Source of the DNA: Octopus sinensis
Lineage: Eukaryota
DNA: 64,000 bases
Assembly: GCF_006345805.1 (NCBI RefSeq)
Contig: NC_043009.1
Span: 34,906,001 to 34,970,000, forward strand
Direction of reading: 5' to 3'
Part shown: positions 60,987 through 64,000 of the stretch, piece by piece
Layout: the number at the start of each line of letters is the position of its first letter
How positions within the stretch are numbered: the stretch's first letter is position 1
Notes under the pieces: generated by a model
Told to the model about the DNA's origin: nothing
Databases searched by the model: none
Seen by the model: only the letters and a program-made list of their open reading frames with translations
Program-made: the position numbers and the translations under genes

Positions 60987-63900
60987 ATACATACATACAT
61001 ACATACATGCATGCCTGCATACAGATAGACAGATAGACATCCACCCCACACGTACACACACATATGTACAATACCCTTCATTGCATTGAAGCCTTACCCA
61101 CTGAAATGACATCTTTAAGGCCACTGGTGTAGAATCAAATGACAGGAACCCGGATCGCGAGCATCGGTAGTCGAAGATTTTATTTCCTCTGTCGTTGTGC
61201 GTCCGGAGTTGTACAATTGGAAAGCAACTGCTGTTGAATTATTCAAACCTTTTCGAATCGTCTGTAGAATGATGGTGTTAAAATTTATATAGAAGCCAGC
61301 TTGCTACTTGGGTTTTGTTGCCAGAGATTCTCCTCAACACAGTGAATTAACATTCAGGAATTCCAAAGTGCTGTATAACAGAATGCAGCTGTTCAGTCGG
61401 TGCACTACCTTTTTGCAGTTGGTCGGAGTTATTCTGCTGGAGACTACGTGACTCCGTTATAGACAAAGAAGAGCGATGGTGATAAGATACAAGCTGACAC
61501 CCTCGAAGCTAGTCGTCTAATAACCCATCAAATTTGTTGAATATTGTTAATTTTTCGGCTTCAAAATTACAATAATTATTGTATCAGAACACGCAAACAT
61601 ATTCACTCACACAAATGCACTTAAATACACATAATCGAATACACATACCTACACGCATATACGCACGCACACGCACATGCAGACACGCACACACACACAC
61701 GCGCACACACACATACACGCGTACACACACACACATATGGGCACACATACACACATTCAGCTTGTTCGTACACTTGTTAGTTTGCGAAGGTGTGAACATA
61801 TGAGTGTTTGTGTAGAGGAATATGTGCAACTCCGTGTGTGTCTGTCTATTTAGATTGTGAATCAGTGTTGTTTGTCTGATCAGTATTGATATGTACACAA
61901 TATCCTGTGACAGTTGACTATTGCTTTCACCCAAGGGACAGCATGTCATCTGTACGGTTCTTATTGATTTCTTTCGATCAGATATAAAAGTAGTTTGTTT
62001 TGTCAGACTTAGTGATAGGCATGAACATAGGGGTAAGAAGTTCGCTTTGCAATCTCGCCGTACTAGGTTCGATTCTACTGTAGGGGAAATATCTTCTATA
62101 CAGAATCGGTTCAAGCTAAGCCCTGAGCTGAATTGAGATGAAGGAAACAATACAAATCCCTGAGAGGGTCTATATTTGTTTTCAGCACGTAAACCATATT
62201 TTTATTAAATACCATTATCTAGACATATCTTTAGCGAAGTCCACTCGCTCACAAATATTCCGATCCGATTTGTGGATTGATAATTGGAAATTTGAAAATT
62301 TTCTGTGTTGCTTCCTGCTGCAGCTAAGGAAGAACCCGAAAGTCATTTATAGCATCTAATGAAGTCCAATCCAAACGATCCTTTACCTAATCCTTTCATT
62401 TTGAACCTTTCCGGTCTCGCAGTCAAAGAAGTAAAGATCTTTGTGAAGGAGACGATTCAAAAGTTCCCGCAGAAACAATGGGAAATGATACAAAATTTAT
62501 GAACTCAGCCCTAACATCCTCAGACTGCTGACGAGCCTGTTGGAGTGAGCGTGAGAAGAAAGTGCAATTGAATATTGGTGTTTGACGGATAATCTGGAGC
62601 TGCATTCAGAATGGTAGAGGATTAAGAATCTATCAAGTTGTGCATGGATTTATTCTCCATATATTAATACACCAAGCATGGATGTTTTTCACCATTCAGG
62701 GTGTGTGAGAGAGATTCTTATGCAATGCCTTAGATCAGTATTCATGATGTATCACCAAAGAAATTCCTGCCAACTGGCAGATAGTGGAGTGAAGGAGGAT
62801 CAGAAGACAACTAGTATTGCCATCAATATGTACTTTTATGGATAACATGAACATCAGAATTGAAATGAGGAAAAAGAAAAAAAGTCTGCTATCGAATTTA
62901 GATATGATGTTTGAACAATGTCAACAGCATACCAGAAGCAAAAGTCTGTTCATAATTCAATGTCAGATCAAGGAAAGCAGCTGTGAAATTGGACTTTCAT
63001 GATCAGATAGCAGTCGCTGAAGGCCTTTAGCCATATCTATGCAACAAAAGGGCATGTTGAGAACTGCCATTGACAGTTGTGTTTTGGACAGGGATCGTTA
63101 GGATGTAGACTATCAACATGGCTTTGCGGATTCTTTTATGGCCTCTCAATGTATATAAAATACTTTTAAGAAGTAAGAAAAGAATGGAAAACTACTAGCA
63201 AGTTCCTGTGAGAGTAGCTTGCTTTCTGACCTTGCTTTACCAGAGTTGTTATAACCCTAATCCAGTACGTGTACGTAGTAGTAGGAGAGGGAAGGCTGAT
63301 AAAATAAGTATTAATGATAATGGTGCAAATGCAATAAAGGTCAACTGTAATAAATCTGATGTAATTGAATATGATACGTCTTTATGTGTCCAACTAGACT
63401 GCGATGACTCAGCTAGCGTTAGCAATAATAATAATGCTAGATCATCGTATCATTCAACTAGTTCTAATGCAACACCTAAATTGTATAATAATAATAGTGG
63501 TTTTAGTTGCCTGGTAGCTGTCCGCTTAATAATGCATGTTTAATTAGGAATTTAGTTAACGAATGTGACGTGATAACTGATGCAAACACTTTCACCTATA
63601 TAGGCTCAAAATATATATTAAACAAGTTTATCTTGGATAAAATATCTCTGTAAGGGGTTTAAATATCCTCATCGTGACTATATAAAGTAAATAATTCTGT
63701 AAATACAATTATAAAATTCTAATAACCATACCAAGTAATTCCAAATGCTAGAAACACACGCCAAACGGCTGTAAACTCCCTGAAAGCGAGGGAATTAAAA
63801 AAGATTTTTTGAAAAAAATTACCCTAGATCAGTCGATTCCCGGTTTAGTGTCGTAATATCATTTTACCATCATCAGTATGACATACCAAATGTTCACTTT

Positions 63901-64000
63901 CTGCATTGCATATTTATTTCTTACTAGTTTGTTCACTTTCTGTGATGTTTGGTTTCTCGTTCGTTGGCTCGTTATATTCAGGTTCTCACTGCTCGTTTCT

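Noticed and set aside
62359-63110. Pseudogene in one continuous frame
   Set aside because: It has about 17 stops in about 250 codons, as expected for random AT-rich DNA, and no recognisable motif.

Overview
AT-rich, microsatellite- and transposon-dense animal genomic DNA. The SINE, RTE and Penelope repertoire looks like Octopus to me, from recognition rather than a search. The main host content is missed by the ORF track: two tandem minus-strand paralogous genes, each with 4 small coding exons and all introns phase 1 GT-AG. Each encodes a secreted protein with a signal peptide, an amphipathic LWKS helix and a Cys-rich DUF4773-like domain. Gene B is complete (32719->22383, 189 aa). Gene A runs 15162->1 and is cut by the window edge. 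The rest is layered mobile DNA: Penelope-like elements (some with hammerhead-like motifs and inverted ends), RLE-type (R4/Dong-like) LINEs in (TAA)n or (TACA)n tracts, RTE, CR1 and Tx1/L1 fragments, LTR/Gypsy pieces, hAT, mariner, maT, Merlin-type MITEs, Helitron-like MITEs and several tRNA-derived SINE families. There are also long palindromes and a duplication that may be assembly artefacts. I found no further host exons in 33-64 kb.
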